A stretch of DNA of 63,202 nt, filler included, from Octopus bimaculoides (lineage: Eukaryota): the NCBI RefSeq assembly GCF_001194135.2. It is 6 parts of 5 records of this genome, joined end to end, with 100 filler letters (N's around TTAATTAATTAA, not from the genome) between each part and the next. Parts side by side here need not be neighbours in the genome. Positions count along the whole stretch, not along the records: positions 14,127 to 27,139 come from NC_068985.1; positions 27,240 to 36,126 come from NC_068988.1; positions 36,227 to 51,984 come from NC_068988.1; 3 more parts are not named here. One strand, written 5' to 3'. The position numbers and the translations under genes were made by a program. Positions 27,126-40,567 of this stretch are shown here, piece after piece; position 1 is the stretch's first letter; each line of letters begins with the position of its first letter. The notes under the pieces were generated by a model, which was not told the origin of the DNA, searched no databases, and worked only from the letters and a program-made list of their open reading frames with translations.

Positions 27126-27816
27126 ATATATATATATATNNNNNNNNNNNNNNNNNNNNNNNNNNNNNNNNNNNNNNNNNNNNTTAATTAATTAANNNNN
27201 NNNNNNNNNNNNNNNNNNNNNNNNNNNNNNNNNNNNNNNTATATATATATATATATATATATATATCGGGAAGATGGGCAGAGGGGGTAACTTCCATCCT
27301 AAGTTAAAACCAACCATTTCGGACAAAAAAACAAAAAGGCAGAAGATCGAGAAGAGAAGGCCCAAAGAACAACAAATCCATAATGATGACTAATGAATTG
27401 CAGATTTAAATTATCTAAAATACTTAACTTTTTTTCTGAAATTATTTCTCTGTTATTTCTGTTTTTCTTGTAGTAGGGAACTTCACGGAGCGCCTCTGTA
27501 TTATTTAAGTTAGCTCCATTTTCGTATTGGTTCATTGCAGAAATTTCTGGATTTTTCCAATTTTTGTAAATTTAGTATTTGATGTATCAATGTCTGGCGG
27601 TGGAAGAACCGAACACGCTCACCTTGAAATGTATTTATAGTAATGTTGACTAATACAGTACGAGTTACTTTCCTCAGTACATGCTTATTTTTATCAGATA
27701 CCAAATCTAAATTGCGTTCACTATTATTGTCATGGAGTAAATATGCAGACGGGTTTCCCCGTCAACGACGAACTAAATGTGAAGCAGAAAACAACAACGA
27801 AATAGACTGTGATTAA

Positions 27817-27849
<33 letters not shown>

Positions 27850-28589
27850 CAAAACAAAAATGCATGTTAGGATTGTTTATGTCGGTCAAACGGTAACTGT
27901 CTCAGCAGTACCTAATAATCGCAACAGACACTACACGCTGTTGTTGAAAAGTATTCAACTCCAAATCTTGCAGTTAAGGAAAAAGGAAGGAATTTTCAAA
28001 AAACTCAAACAGCTTTGTTGATAGCGAAGATCAAGATAATGTAATAAATAAATAAATAAATAAACGCGAATATATTCAGAAACAAACACCTTTGAATCTG
28101 AAAATATTTCAATTGACTAAAATGCAGATGAAAAGAATGTGACATGTGAATGTCCTCTGGTTCCGCTGCTCTTTGGGACAATATCAGTGAAGCACAAGGC
28201 AATAAACCAAAGAAATTTGGTAAGGAGTTTAGTTTGAGAGATTTCAATAGCAAATGGTTTAAACTTTATCGGTAGCTTACCTATGTCACTAACAAATGTC
28301 AACTTTTGTGTTATACTTATAAAGCGTTCATGGATAGTAAGTAGCTTTGCAATTGAAAACTAGAAAAAGACAAACCGACTCACAAAGCATGCAAAAACTG
28401 TTTAACATCAGCAGGCCACGTTGAAATGGTTATATAGATTATAATCGAACGGATTCAGGCACCAAACATTGATGTTAGGTCAACGAAATAATGTAAAAAC
28501 AAAAGCGAATCGCACGGAACCGAGAATATTAGGATATCATTATTATTATTATTATTGTAGCTCTATTCCCCAAATTATTGTTGAAACTT

Positions 28590-29310
28590 TATTTATTGTT
28601 CATTGACTCTTTTACATAGCTTAATGTGGTCATACAGAGAAACGCAGTTAACTTAGGCAAAATTTCCAATATCAACAGTACTAACTTATTGGAACTTAGA
28701 CGTCTTCGATCTAAGGTGATTCCATAGCAAAGAGAATGCCGAAAACTTAAAATATAACTATGAAATCGATTTCCTCTATTGTCAAAAATATAATTCTCTA
28801 TATCGTAACTGTGATTGCTTTAGAAAGCAGAGCTAATGATGTGAAAAATGTGTTCAGAATATTTCATTAGCGTTGTTGAAACATCGGATGTCAGCAGGGT
28901 TGAACAAGTGGTAGTATGCCTCAAATTTATCACTGAAGAAGAAATCAGATCTTTTCATTAGATTCTATGCAACGCCTTCTACTTGAGCGGGGTATTCCCT
29001 ATACGTTAATCAAAACTGTCCTCGAGACGTTGAAGCTTGACAAAATTGTTGGAGAATGTATTGATGGCAGGGTAAATATGAACGATATTGATAGAAGCTT
29101 GGTAACAAGCATAAATAAGCGTTCCCAACTTGCCATCGAAGTCCGTTGTTATAGTAACCTTATAAATCTTGCTGACCAAAATATATCAGCAATGAACAAA
29201 ACTTGGAAGCGTTTGAGATGCGCTGGAAAATTAGGTGAAAATGCAAAAGAAATCCTTGAAGGTACACGATTCTCAGTTAAGAAGCTAAAGTTCTATAGAG
29301 ATTAATGATG
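28590..29310 (+). mobile_element. Degenerate hAT transposase (ZMYM1/Zaphod-like core)
   Basis: Frameshifted peptides NSTNLLELRRLRSKVIP, FISVVETSDVSRVEQVVVCLKF (DETTD-like) and LKLDKIVGECIDGRVNM...LAIEVRCYSNLINLADQ (CRGQCYDGASNM...HCYAHxLNL-like). Confidence 0.75.
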
Positions 29311-29339
29311 TTTTGTTGATTGCAAACCCATGAATCAAC

Positions 29340-32300
29340 AAGGAAATTGCCACTGAATCAAACCACCAAAAGAAGATCGTGGCATTTATCAAGCAGTAAA
29401 ATTGAACTCTTAAATAAATCGTGGATTCATATTACATATCTCAAGACAAAAAACTGGTATCTGCTATCGCAAGTCGTGAGAAACTGCAATGGACTCATGA
29501 GCTGAATCAAGCCCTGTATTATTTCAGCGGAAATAACATGGAAAATGCATTGATCGGTTTCATTAACAAAAAAGAAAGAGCTACTAGGATGTAAAGTATT
29601 CCATCCGATTACATTTCAAAATGAAGCAGCCTAAAAGGCGAGTTACGCTTATTGAGAAGAAATACACAGCCCTACTAGACAAAATCAACCAGCAAAATGC
29701 ACAGTAAATAACAATATCGACGACCCAGTAGATTCTGGCTTCGAAAAAATTGCTAAACACATAAACTGCAGCCAAAACGAAAATGTAACAGTAACGCAGA
29801 GATATTACACATACATGCGGTAACTGCCGTTACACAAACATGCCGTTACCGTTTGCGAACAAATAGAAATGAGTAAATGATACAAAAAGGCTTAAAATGC
29901 AGTTTATAGTTAGAATTAGAGATAACTTCACTCTTTACTTGAGCAAGCCACTAAATGGAAGAACGATTATGATATAAATCGATAGAACACCTATTGATTT
30001 GATGCAAGCTATGATCGATCAAGTAGTTAAAGAACACCTAACACAAAGGGAAACTTCCACTTTTTGAGTATCAAATGACTCACTGTATTATGTTGCAGTT
30101 ACAATTCACCAATAGATGGAAGTAACAGAGTTCGAACGAAATTATAACACACAACCGAAGAACATCAATAGAATATGAGAAAACATCGGACACTTAGAAG
30201 GAATAATGCAAATTCGAACCATCAGTTACGATTTTATTTTGGACTATTCAAAATCTACAGGAGATGTTGATAAGGAACAGTCACAAGTAAGTAAATTAAC
30301 CTAAAACATGAAAATTTTATTAGCGAGGAAAGGAAAAGCAAACTTTGTTATCGAAGAAAATTGCAAGAACGTAGGTCTATCAACTGTAAGAAAGTAGCTT
30401 GTGACTGAGTCAAATAGCTTCTCATTAATAAAGAGGTTCTTAAGCAAATGAAGCATAATCACCAAAACCTACAGGCAGAAGTGAATAGACTTATATGAAA
30501 TCGTTTTTGTCTTTCACTCATGGAGACTGGGCCCACGATGTTATGCAAAAGTTGCATTTGTTATAATCGATGCTATTAAAAGACTAATTACAGTACGAAA
30601 CAAGAACTAAAACAAGTGCTGTTGTCACAAACAGGATTAGGTTATCTACTGGAATATCCCAGAGTGACAGCTTGACTGTACTGCTGTTCATTCTGATAGG
30701 GATCAGTTGGGGAAATTTAGGATCTGCAGAGGAGAGGAAAATTAATTTCTCACGCATAGTTTTAATTTTAACGTCAATAATATGAAGCTGCATTCTAATA
30801 ATATGTCTAACACTGAAAATAGTTAAAACAGATCACAATATTTTCATGGAACAGAGGAATGGTGTTTGGTTAGGATAGGTGTTCATATTTGACAAGTAAA
30901 GAAGAAAGACGAAGATACCATTGACCTGTCCATCTTCCTTTTATCAAATGACGAATACAATTATTGATTAGACTATTGCGTTTGTGCTTAGCGGTATTTT
31001 GTCTATCCTTACGTTTTGGGTTCAAATTCCGCAGAAGTTGTCATTGCCGTTCATCTTTTTGGGGTCGATAAATTAAGTACCAGTTGCGTACTGGGGTCGA
31101 TCTAATCGACTGGCCCCCTCCCCAAGAATTTCGGGCCTTGTGCATAGAGTAGGAAAGAATATTGCGTTTGTTAGCGTTGTAAGTAAAACTTCAGTTACAG
31201 AGGAATACTTCAGCAGATTTTAGAAGTGCTGGAGCACAATATCGCATAATGCCTTTACAGGACCCTGAAGTGATCGGCACCTTAAACATCAAACGAGAAA
31301 GCCATTAACCACAACTGCTAACTTCCATGTATCAAAAATGATACTCACAGGATCTTAAATGGGGAAATGGAAGCAGAGGCATAAAATCAGTTCAAACTAT
31401 CTCTGAGCGTCGTAATGTATCAATCACACAGCATCAAAAGGGCAGTGAAAAATAAGTACAATATATGAGTACCCTACACTGAAAATAATAGCCCCTTGAA
31501 AACAAATGAAGAAGTACTCAGTAGGTACTCTGAGTGTATAATTTTTCAATGTGATCCAAGAGTTTCTCGATTGACCTTAAATAGAGACTTTGGTGTGAGA
31601 TTCTTATCGCATAAGCAAAATGTTATGAACAGATGCGTATGTCATAAAACAGAGGATACAAACAGCATTAACAAAAAGAGTAGCTTCTCTTGGACCTGCA
31701 TTGAATACATCACACCTCTCCTAAAAGAATTCACATATGCTATTCAGAAACAGAACGCAGTTACTAAATATCTGATCAATAAAAGGGATAAGGATATAAG
31801 CAAACGACCAAGCTGTGACATTGTCGATTGTGTCATATCGATGTGAAAGATATCTCCCACATCATCAGCAGCTGTCCAAAAGTCTCTACAAGATAATACC
31901 TTCGCACGAGGCAGAATTTTGTTGTCAGAAGTATCTATTATGACATCTACAGCAAGAATTGTCCTGGCAGATATCAAAAGCAAAATGTATTAATACTTTT
32001 AAAAATAAAGAAAATTGGTAGAACATTCTAATGCTGTCAGGTGCAAACGCAACATACCTGATGTTGTTGTATGGAACATGAAATAAATATCAGGTATTAT
32101 CGTAGAGATCAGCTGCCTATCAGACGTGAATGCATCATCTACAGTTGTCGAAAGAGAGAACATCTATAGTAAACTAACGAGAAGGTCATAGCTCTTGTGT
32201 CTAGGTTACAGATTCTCATTCGTATCTGTTACCACAGATGTATTCAGTTATGTAACAATTGATTTGCATAAAAGGCTCGAAAACTAAGAGTTTTCCAAAA

Positions 32301-32510
32301 AAGAACAAAATAAACTCGTTCCCATTGTCCAAATCCAACGGATTAGCAGTATAGGGAAGATTTCTAAAATACTCTAAAGATGTTACCTTTGAGTTTCCTG
32401 GAATGACCATCTATACAGCGACGTATGTAGACAAATACATAAAAAGTAATATAAAATTATTAATGACACACTTTACGGAGACAGGTACATCATAATCTTA
32501 GTGTAAATAT
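29340..32510 (+). mobile_element. Degenerate R4/Dong-clade non-LTR retrotransposon (N-terminal region, RT, CCHC, restriction-like endonuclease), internally deleted
   Basis: GISQSDSLTVLLFILI (GIFQGDSLSPLLF-like) at about 30650; GMVFG*DRC at about 30860; DISHIISSCPKVSTR*YL (CCHC) at about 31850; RNIPDVVVW...IIVEISC (PD..E RLE) at about 32050; many stops and frameshifts. The 5' boundary is approximate. Confidence 0.85.
30986..31159 (+). mobile_element. 5'-truncated SINE B1 nested in the R4-type fossil
   Basis: 12-bp TSD tattgcgtttgt at 30974-30985 and 31160-31171. Confidence 0.9.
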
Positions 32511-32688
32511 ATCTACACATACATACACACACTAACATACACACACTAACATATACACACTAACATATACACACTAACATATACACAATTCACTGAAATG
32601 TCATGACTCAGAGACAACAGAGCTTTGTGAACAGTTTCAATTCTGCTAAGAAAGACTAAAGTAAATATCAAAGATAAACATAGATAGA

Positions 32689-32748
<60 letters not shown>

Positions 32749-33949
32749 TGTGTATGTGTATGTGTGTGTGTGTGTGCGCATGTATACACACACATATGTA
32801 TGTATGTATGTATGTATGTATGTGTGTACGTATGTGTATATATATATGTATGTGTGTGTGTATGTATGTGTATGTATGTATGTATTATGTATGTATGTGT
32901 GTGTATGTATGTGTATGTATGTATGTATGTAATGCACAATGTTTTAAGCTTTCCTCACTGACGTCATCAATTACAACCACGTGTTCGACTGAGATGGAGT
33001 TTTATCTTTACTGTCACAAAACAGTTTATATTTTCTATTTCAGTTCACTTTAATATTTTCATTAGTGCATCTGGGGTTCCTAACATTGGTACGAAGTCAT
33101 AAAATTTGTATGGGAACCGGGAAGGAGCATAATCGATTGAATATTCTCGTAATACTCGTCTCGTAGTGCTCATTTAAACGAACCTGCTTGCGTTTGAGCT
33201 TGATATCACGGGATCGGTTTGAGATTTGAATACAGAAACCAAAGGGACATAACAAAACATTGTTTCCTCGCATTGTTACATGGTACCACTGGTTTGGGGA
33301 GAGAAGACGAGCGGCGAATAATCGATGGAAGTCATCCTAGTAATTTGATTGCTACCGGTTTTATCGATCTCGAAAGGATACATGACAAAAATCAATTGCA
33401 CGTGTGGTTTGAACACGGGAACTTAAAAGGACGTAGCTAAATAGCATATTCTAACAATAAGTGTACAGTCACTACCAGGTTGGAACAATGATCAATTAAA
33501 ACTAATTAGTTGACTACTAATTAGTTTGCAGTACCAGATTGCTGAAAGTGGATCCTAGGAGAGATTTGAACACAGGTCGAACAAAGTTGCAAGTAAATAC
33601 TGCAGTCCATTTTATTTCGGCTCTTTATTCCTTGCTAAAGGTAATGTAAGTAATAGAGTTATCAAATAATAATATTCGTTGGCTTACTATGCTGCATTGA
33701 ATATTAGCATAGGATTGTGGGAAGTTGTATGCTATAGAATTATGTAATCAGGTATATATTTGCCTAAACGGATTTAGTAATTTTCGCAAACTGGAATTTT
33801 ATGGACCTAAAGTCTACCAAAAGCTTTTAGTGAACATGGGATCATTAACGAAGGATTTGGCTTCATCTACATATGTGCTGTTTAGGAAAGTTATTCGGAT
33901 AATGTTTACCGTTTACCTTTCAGCGAGTATAACAGATCTTCACCATTTA

Positions 33950-34720
33950 TATCGATTACACTTCCCTAAGTGGATCGACTACACTTTCATAGGTATACAA
34001 ACTACACGTCATAGGTATCTGCACTACACTGTCCTATATATACTACTAATATTTCATTAGGTATAAAGCAGTGAGCTAGCTGAATCGTTACCGCGCCGGG
34101 CAAAATGCATAGCGGCATTTCGTCCATCTTTACGTTCTGAGTTCAAATTCCGCCTAGGTCGACTTTATCTTTCATCCTTCCGGAGTCGATAAAATGAGTA
34201 CTAGTTGAGCACTGCGGTCGATGTAAATGACTTATCTCCTCATCCGAAATTTTATGAGGTATACTGACTTCACTTCTTTGGCTACACTTGTAGACAGTGT
34301 AGCCAAATAGACTGGCTATCCTTCTGCAGACATACAAACTATACACCCAACTGTATCTTAAGCGCATATTTCTAAGTGTACTAACTATATTTCCCAAGGT
34401 GTCATGACTACACTTTTTTTATGCTTTACTTTCCTGTATAGACAGACAAAACTTCTCCAGATTTTCAAAGTTCACGCCCACAAATATCAAAGCCATACAT
34501 CCTTAGGTCTGCTAACAATCTTATCAGGGGTATATAGACTATACTTCTACAGCTACACACCCCTATACTTCCAAGTAAACTGACAATACTTCAATGAGTA
34601 GGTTAACAACTCTTCCATAAGTATATTGATTACACTTCCCTAGCGTTATCGGCACTACTTTCCCGGGTACATTGAATACTTTCCATGGTTTTGATTACAT
34701 TCCTTAGAGAATGAGTGTTC
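33950..34720. repeat. Diverged 22-23-bp minisatellite interrupted by a SINE
   Basis: Units like cgattacacttccctaagtggat / cgactacactttcataggtata at 33953, 33976, 33998, 34021 and 34042, resuming to about 34710. Confidence 0.7.
34066..34256 (+). mobile_element. SINE family B (diverged)
   Basis: B head and central domain; possible TSD aggtata at 34059-65 and 34257-63. Confidence 0.85.
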
Positions 34721-34864
34721 ATCCCATGAACGCAACGAATGGTTAAATAACGCGATCGATAGTTTGTGGTTAAATATCTCCATCATTGACCAATGGTGAT
34801 AGTCTGGGCTTAAATGTTTACGTCATTGGTCTAAAGGGACAGTCTGGGATTAAATATCCACTAT

Positions 34865-35866
34865 GTTCGGCGAATATGGTGGGTGGGGCATCGTTTCCCA
34901 TTCAAACTGCTCCAGCCATTGGAATGTCATCTTCGCAGTACGTGGCTGAGCATTATCCTGATGGAAGAACACCTTTCATCTTGAAACAAAAGATGGTCGT
35001 TTATCTTCTAGCGCTTACTTAAGCCACTCAAACTGCTTGCAGTAGATCTTTGTTATCGTTAAGTTTGGGTTTAAAAGTTCAACGTGGACTAAACCTTTCA
35101 TATCCCATCAAACAGATAACAACACTTTACGTGGATGAAAATCTTCTTTAGCCTGGGGTGCCGGTGTTTCTCCTTTCCTTACCCACTGCCTTCGGCGCTT
35201 GACATTTTTATAGAGAAGCTATTTCTCGTCACCAGTCACTATTCGGTCCAGAAAAAGTTCATTCGTGAGACATGACAGCAAAAAAGAGCACACATTCACT
35301 CACTGCGGGCGATTAGACTCGAAAAGTTTGTGAGAAACTCGTTGATCCAACTTGATGGCTTTTCCGATGGCACGTAGGTGTCGATGTAAGGTTGAATGAC
35401 CAAATCCAAGCTTCTCTGCTAGTTCCCCAACAGTTACGATGGGATTTTGTCCATCTGGGTTTGTAGGACGTCTTCGTCGAGTTCTATAGATCTTCCAGGA
35501 CGAGGCTCGTCTTCTAGGCTGTAGTTTCCAGCTCGGAATTTCTGGAACCACCGTTGTCACTGACTCACACTTATTGTCCGATCCCCATATACTGCATCAA
35601 TATTCCTCATACTTTCCGTTGCATTGTTGCCTTTATTGAACTCATAAAGCAAAATATGCCGAATATGCTCCTTTGTCACTTCCATTATAGCTTTGAAAAA
35701 TAACTGTTAAAATCAAACTGCACTTTTCAAAACTTGCACTACAAATAAGGACAAGGTAAAATTACTATCTGTTTTATAGCAAGTTGATGTAGGTAGTTTA
35801 TCCTGTCCCCCTCAGACTTTTAGTTCATGCAATTGAAAAAACCGCATTATTTATGAGATGACCCAA
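34865..35866 (-). mobile_element. Mariner transposon fossil, 5' TIR intact, 3'-truncated
   Basis: TIR ttgggtcatctcataaataatgcggtt after TA; ATG at 35685; peptides EVTKEHIRHILLYEFNKG, QNPIVTVGELAEKLGFGHST, IVTGDEK, VFFHQDNAQP and WETMPHPPYSPNI. Confidence 0.92.
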
Positions 35867-35869
35867 TAT

Positions 35870-36015
35870 ATATATGACAGGCTTCTTTCAGTTTCCATCT
35901 ACCAAATCAAATTACACTTTGGTCATAGTTTATAGTAGAAGAGACTTGCCTACGCAATGGGACTGAACCTGGAACAAAGTGGTTGGGAAAGAAGCTTCCT
36001 ATCACACAGCCACGC
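35870..36015 (-). mobile_element. SINE family D, 5' half
   Basis: Reverse complement of the D head. Confidence 0.75.
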
Positions 36016-36285
36016 TTATATAAGAAGGGGTGCAGTAAAGTTCCTGGCTTTAAGAGTATCGCCAAAGATCTGGCTGGAAGCCCAAACTTCCAAGTATTTT
36101 TACAGGGGTTAGAAAATCTATAGGTCNNNNNNNNNNNNNNNNNNNNNNNNNNNNNNNNNNNNNNNNNNNNTTAATTAATTAANNNNNNNNNNNNNNNNNN
36201 NNNNNNNNNNNNNNNNNNNNNNNNNNAAGTCATATTTTATGTAAACCATTCGCATTACTGATCCCAATCAGTTGTTTTGTACCAT

Positions 36286-36705
36286 TCTATGTTTAGCCCC
36301 CTGTGGGTAATAAAGAAATTGGTATTTCGTCTGTCTTTATGTTCTGAGTTCAAATCCCGCTGAGGTCGACTTTGCCTTTCATCTTTTCGGGATCGATTAC
36401 ATAAGTACCAATTACGCATTGGGGTCGATGTAATCGACTTAATACCTTTGCCTATCCTTGTTTGTCCCCTCTGTGTGTAGCCCCTTGTGGGCAATAAAGA
36501 AATAAGAAACGTTAGCACGGCGGGCGAAATGCTTAGCGGTATTTCATTTGTCTTTACGTTCTGAGTTAAAAATCCGTCGAGGTTGACTTTGCCTTTCATC
36601 CTTTCGGGGTTGATAAATTAAGTACCAGTTGCGTACTGGCGTTGATCAAACTGACTGGACCCTTCCCTAAAATTTCGGGCCTCGGGAACTGAGTAGAAAA
36701 GCATA
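36286..36705 (+). mobile_element. Head-to-tail SINE B multimer (B2 tail + truncated B2 + B1)
   Basis: B2 tail 36286-36320, B2 body 36321-36508, B1 36509-36705, with no spacer DNA. Confidence 0.85.
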
Positions 36706-37634
36706 TACCCTATCTCTCTCTCTACACACACACATGCGTGCATGCACATACTCACAAGTATACATACGCACATATATGCACACATAAATGACGAATATGT
36801 ATGAGCATGTGATTGCATATTGCTTATTTGTGCACGTGCATGTTTACATAGATGGATGTACAGAAAATGAACAAATATGAACGTAGAAGCATATACACAG
36901 ACACATGTATATATACAAATATGTATACATATAAATATATATGCACGTGTATANNNNNNNNNNNNNNNNNNNNNNNNNNNNNNNNNNNNNNNNNNNNNNN
37001 NNNNNNNNNNNNNNNNNNNNNNNNNNNNNNNNNNNNNNNNNNNNNNNNNNNNNNNNNNNNNNNNNNNNNNNNNNNNNNNNNNNNNNNNNNNNNNNNNNNN
37101 NNNNNNNNNNNNNNNNNNNNNNNNNNNNNNNNNNNNNNNNNNNNNNNNNNNNNNNNNNNNNNNNNNNNNNNNNNNNNNNNNNNNNNNNNNNNNNNNNNNN
37201 NNNNNNNNNNNNNNNNNNNNNNNNNNNNNNNNNNNNNNNNNNNNNNNNNNNNNNNNNNNNNNNNNNNNNNNNNNNNNNNNNNNNNNNNNNNNNNNNNNNN
37301 NNNNNNNNNNNNNNNNNNNNNNNNNNNNNNNNNNNNNNNNNNNNNNNNNNNNNNNNNNNNNNNNNNNNNNNNNNNNNNNNNNNNNNNNNNNNNNNNNNNN
37401 NNNNNNNNNNNNNNNNNNNNNNNNNNNNNNNNNNNNNNNNNNNNNNNNNNNNNNNNNNNNNNNNNNNNNNNNNNNNNNNNNNNNNNNNNNNNNNNNNNNN
37501 NNNNNNNNNNNNNNNNNNNNNNNNAGAAGACAGAGGAAACTCCAAGACAAAAGGAAGATGGAGGAAAAAAATCCCCAGCAATCCACATGTAGTTACGTGT
37601 ACATATATGCAAGTATGTATACATATACACAGAT

Positions 37635-37691
<57 letters not shown>

Positions 37692-37735
37692 CATACATGT
37701 GTGTGTATATATATATACATATATATTCATGTGTG

Positions 37736-37784
<49 letters not shown>

Positions 37785-37809
37785 ATACACATATATACAT
37801 GTATGTATG

Positions 37810-37842
<33 letters not shown>

Positions 37843-38172
37843 TTATTAGCCATTGAAATAAAAGTGTCGTCCGCTCGTTGTAATCGTGTTCCTCCCCAAT
37901 ATAGATCAATGTTACATATGCTTCTTACCTCAGTCCTGGCTGGGTAGCGTGTTGTGTTCCTTTTGAAACCAAAGTAGAACAGGTAACAAGAACACAAAAA
38001 CAAAACAATGTGATTGATCGTTTCCTTACATTGACAATGCAGCGAGCAATTACAACATGGTAGATTTGCTGAAGTGATGAAGCGGAGGAGGTGAGTGGGA
38101 AGGGAATATGTACGTACGTACGTACGTACGAGAGAAGATGATGTCATTGATTTTTGTTTCGCGTTCGTGCTG

Positions 38173-38218
<46 letters not shown>

Positions 38219-38483
38219 GTAANNNNNNNNNNNNNNNNNNNNNNNNNNNNNNNNNNNNNNNNNNNNNNNNNNNNNNNNNNNNNNNNNNNNNNNNNNNNNN
38301 NNNNNNNNNNNNNNNNNNNNNNNNNNNNNNNNNNNNNNNNNNNNNNNNNNNNNNNNNNNNNNNNNNNNNNNNNNNNNNNNNNNNNNNNNNNNNNNNNNNN
38401 NNNNNNNNNNNNNNNNNNNNNNNNNNNNNNNNNNNNNNNNNNNNNNNNNNNNNNNNNNNNNNNNNNNNNNNNNNNNNNNNNNN

Positions 38484-38528
<45 letters not shown>

Positions 38529-38684
38529 GGTGGTGGTGGTGGTGGTGGTGGTTATGATGATGATGAAGATGAAGCAATGATGAAATGAATAAAAAAAGAT
38601 TCACAACCGAAGAATGAAACTTATTTAGGATGTTCTGTATGTTGTACATGGATTATATATGTATGTACGTATGTATGTATGTAT

Positions 38685-38975
38685 TTCGTCTGCCGCTTTT
38701 TGAAAACTTTGCGTAGGCCTCTGAGCAGAGACTGCCAAGCTTTTGGCAAAATTTGATGTAGATTTTCTGCTCAACTTTATCATGGTCAATGCGACGATCA
38801 CATGCTACACACCTTCATCCTAAGCACTGCTCTAAACAGCGGGAGTGAGTCAAAACTTAGTGCAAATGCACAAAAAATTTCAAGGTCAATTGGTACCAAG
38901 CGGATTCACTCTCTGTGCTTTAGCTTCGTTACTATGGCAACGGTCCGGACTCTCATTGATCAGACCACTTATCTG
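38685..38975 (-). mobile_element. Mariner 5' end and transposase N-terminus fragment
   Basis: Reverse strand encodes KVEQKIYIKFCQKLGSLCSEAYAK, a typical mariner N-terminal HTH start. Confidence 0.7.
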
Positions 38976-38980
38976 GTACA

Positions 38981-39205
38981 GATGGCGAGCTGGCACAATC
39001 GTTAGCACGCCGGGCGAAATACTTAGCGGTATTTTGTCAGTCTTCACTTTCTGAGTTCAAATCCCGCCGAGGTCGACTTTGCTTTTCATCTTTTCGGGGT
39101 TGATAAGTTATGTACCAGTGAAACACTAGGGCCGACGTAATCGACTATTCTCCCCCACCCCCAAAAAAAATTTCAGGCCATGTGCCTTTTGTAGAAAGGA
39201 TTATA
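38981..39205 (+). mobile_element. SINE family B1
   Basis: Colinear with the other B1 copies. Confidence 0.9.
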
Positions 39206-39459
39206 TACGTGATACACACAAACACATGTTATACATACACACATATATATATATGTATATACTAGGTAATAATAGAAAAACTGAAGATGCCTCGTGTTGC
39301 TGAAAGACTTATATCTGCTATCATACGTGTAGGAAGAGAGCTTATCATTGTTGGTCAGAAGCTCTTTGATCGTCTGAATATTGATGGAAAGTTTCTGAAG
39401 TTATCTTAAAGAATGAAAAGTCATGAGTACATGGCTACTTTTTCCAAACAAGTAAGACA

Positions 39460-39900
39460 TCCTCGCAGATCGTCACCAAAACCAAAATGGACCGTCAGAT
39501 TCATGCAAATATGGCAGTTATACGCATCGTCTGTTTCGCTTGAATTGCTATTGTTCATCACGAGTATGTTCCGCGAAGTCATATGATCGTTAAAGACATT
39601 TTACTTGGGTAATCTGAGGTGTTTGAGAGAAGAATAGGGAAGATAAGGAGCAGAGGCGGGGACAGATGAAACCTGTGCGATTACATACCTCCACCACAGA
39701 TAATGGCTGCTCACGTACCTTTCTCTAGCTGTATTTTGGGTAAAACGCGAAACATATCTTATCGCCAACCCACACTACACTCCGAAGTTCGCCGCTACGT
39801 CTATCTTTTTGTTTACAAGGAGATCCAGCTTGAAAGGTGACTGTTTTGAAACGACAGAAGAGATCAAAGTAAATTTGCTACTAACGTTGAAAATGTAAAA
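39460..39900 (+). mobile_element. Highly degraded mariner catalytic-domain fragment
   Basis: Frameshifted IVHHEYVPR, FYLGNLRCLREE and LKGDCFETTEEIK match mariner DD34D-region motifs. Confidence 0.6.
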
Positions 39901-40076
39901 AAAAGTAAAAAAATAAAAATAATGCAAGCTTGGCAATTACAGATTAATTAAAACAATGCAACATAAAAGACAGGAAAAGTAATTAAGAGCACTAATATCA
40001 TAATGGATAAGAAACAAAGATTAGGGAATTAAACAGAACACACGTATAAATACTTAGGAATCAATGAACTAGTCGC

Positions 40077-40236
40077 TGGCGTGGCTGTGTGGCGATTAGT
40101 TTGTTTCCCAACCACATGGTTAGGGGTTCAGTCCCACTGTGTGGTATCTTGGGCGAGTGTCTTCCACTATAGCCTCGGGCTGACCAACTTCGAGCGAGTG
40201 GATTTGGTAGTCGGAAACTGAAAGAAGTCTGTCATA
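40077..40236 (+). mobile_element. SINE family D, 5' half
   Basis: Starts ggcgtggctgtgtgg; D head. Confidence 0.85.
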
Positions 40237-40432
40237 TATAGACTCCAGGAGTTCCAACGAAATCTGTGATAAAAAGAAAATAATAATAATAATAAGGATG
40301 ATGATTTCAAATTTTGGCACAACGCCAGCAATTTTGAGGAGGAGAGAAAGTCGATAGGATGGACTCCAGTGCTCAAGTGGTACTTATTTTATCGATCACG
40401 AAATTATGAAAAGTATAATAATAATAATAATG

Positions 40433-40463
<31 letters not shown>

Positions 40464-40489
40464 TAATAATAATAACAACAACAACAACA

Positions 40490-40567
<78 letters not shown>

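Noticed and set aside
27819-27848. Poly(A) run as a processed-pseudogene tail
   Set aside because: No recognisable parent ORF or TSD upstream.
27887-29855. 11-bp inverted repeat caaacggtaac / gttaccgtttg as hAT termini
   Set aside because: The right copy lies within sequence that reads as continuous R4-type N-terminal region and no 8-bp TSD is evident; may be chance or an unresolved fragment.
32959-32966. Perfect CRE site TGACGTCA with a nearby E-box
   Set aside because: Single short motifs are expected by chance in 63 kb; no promoter evidence.
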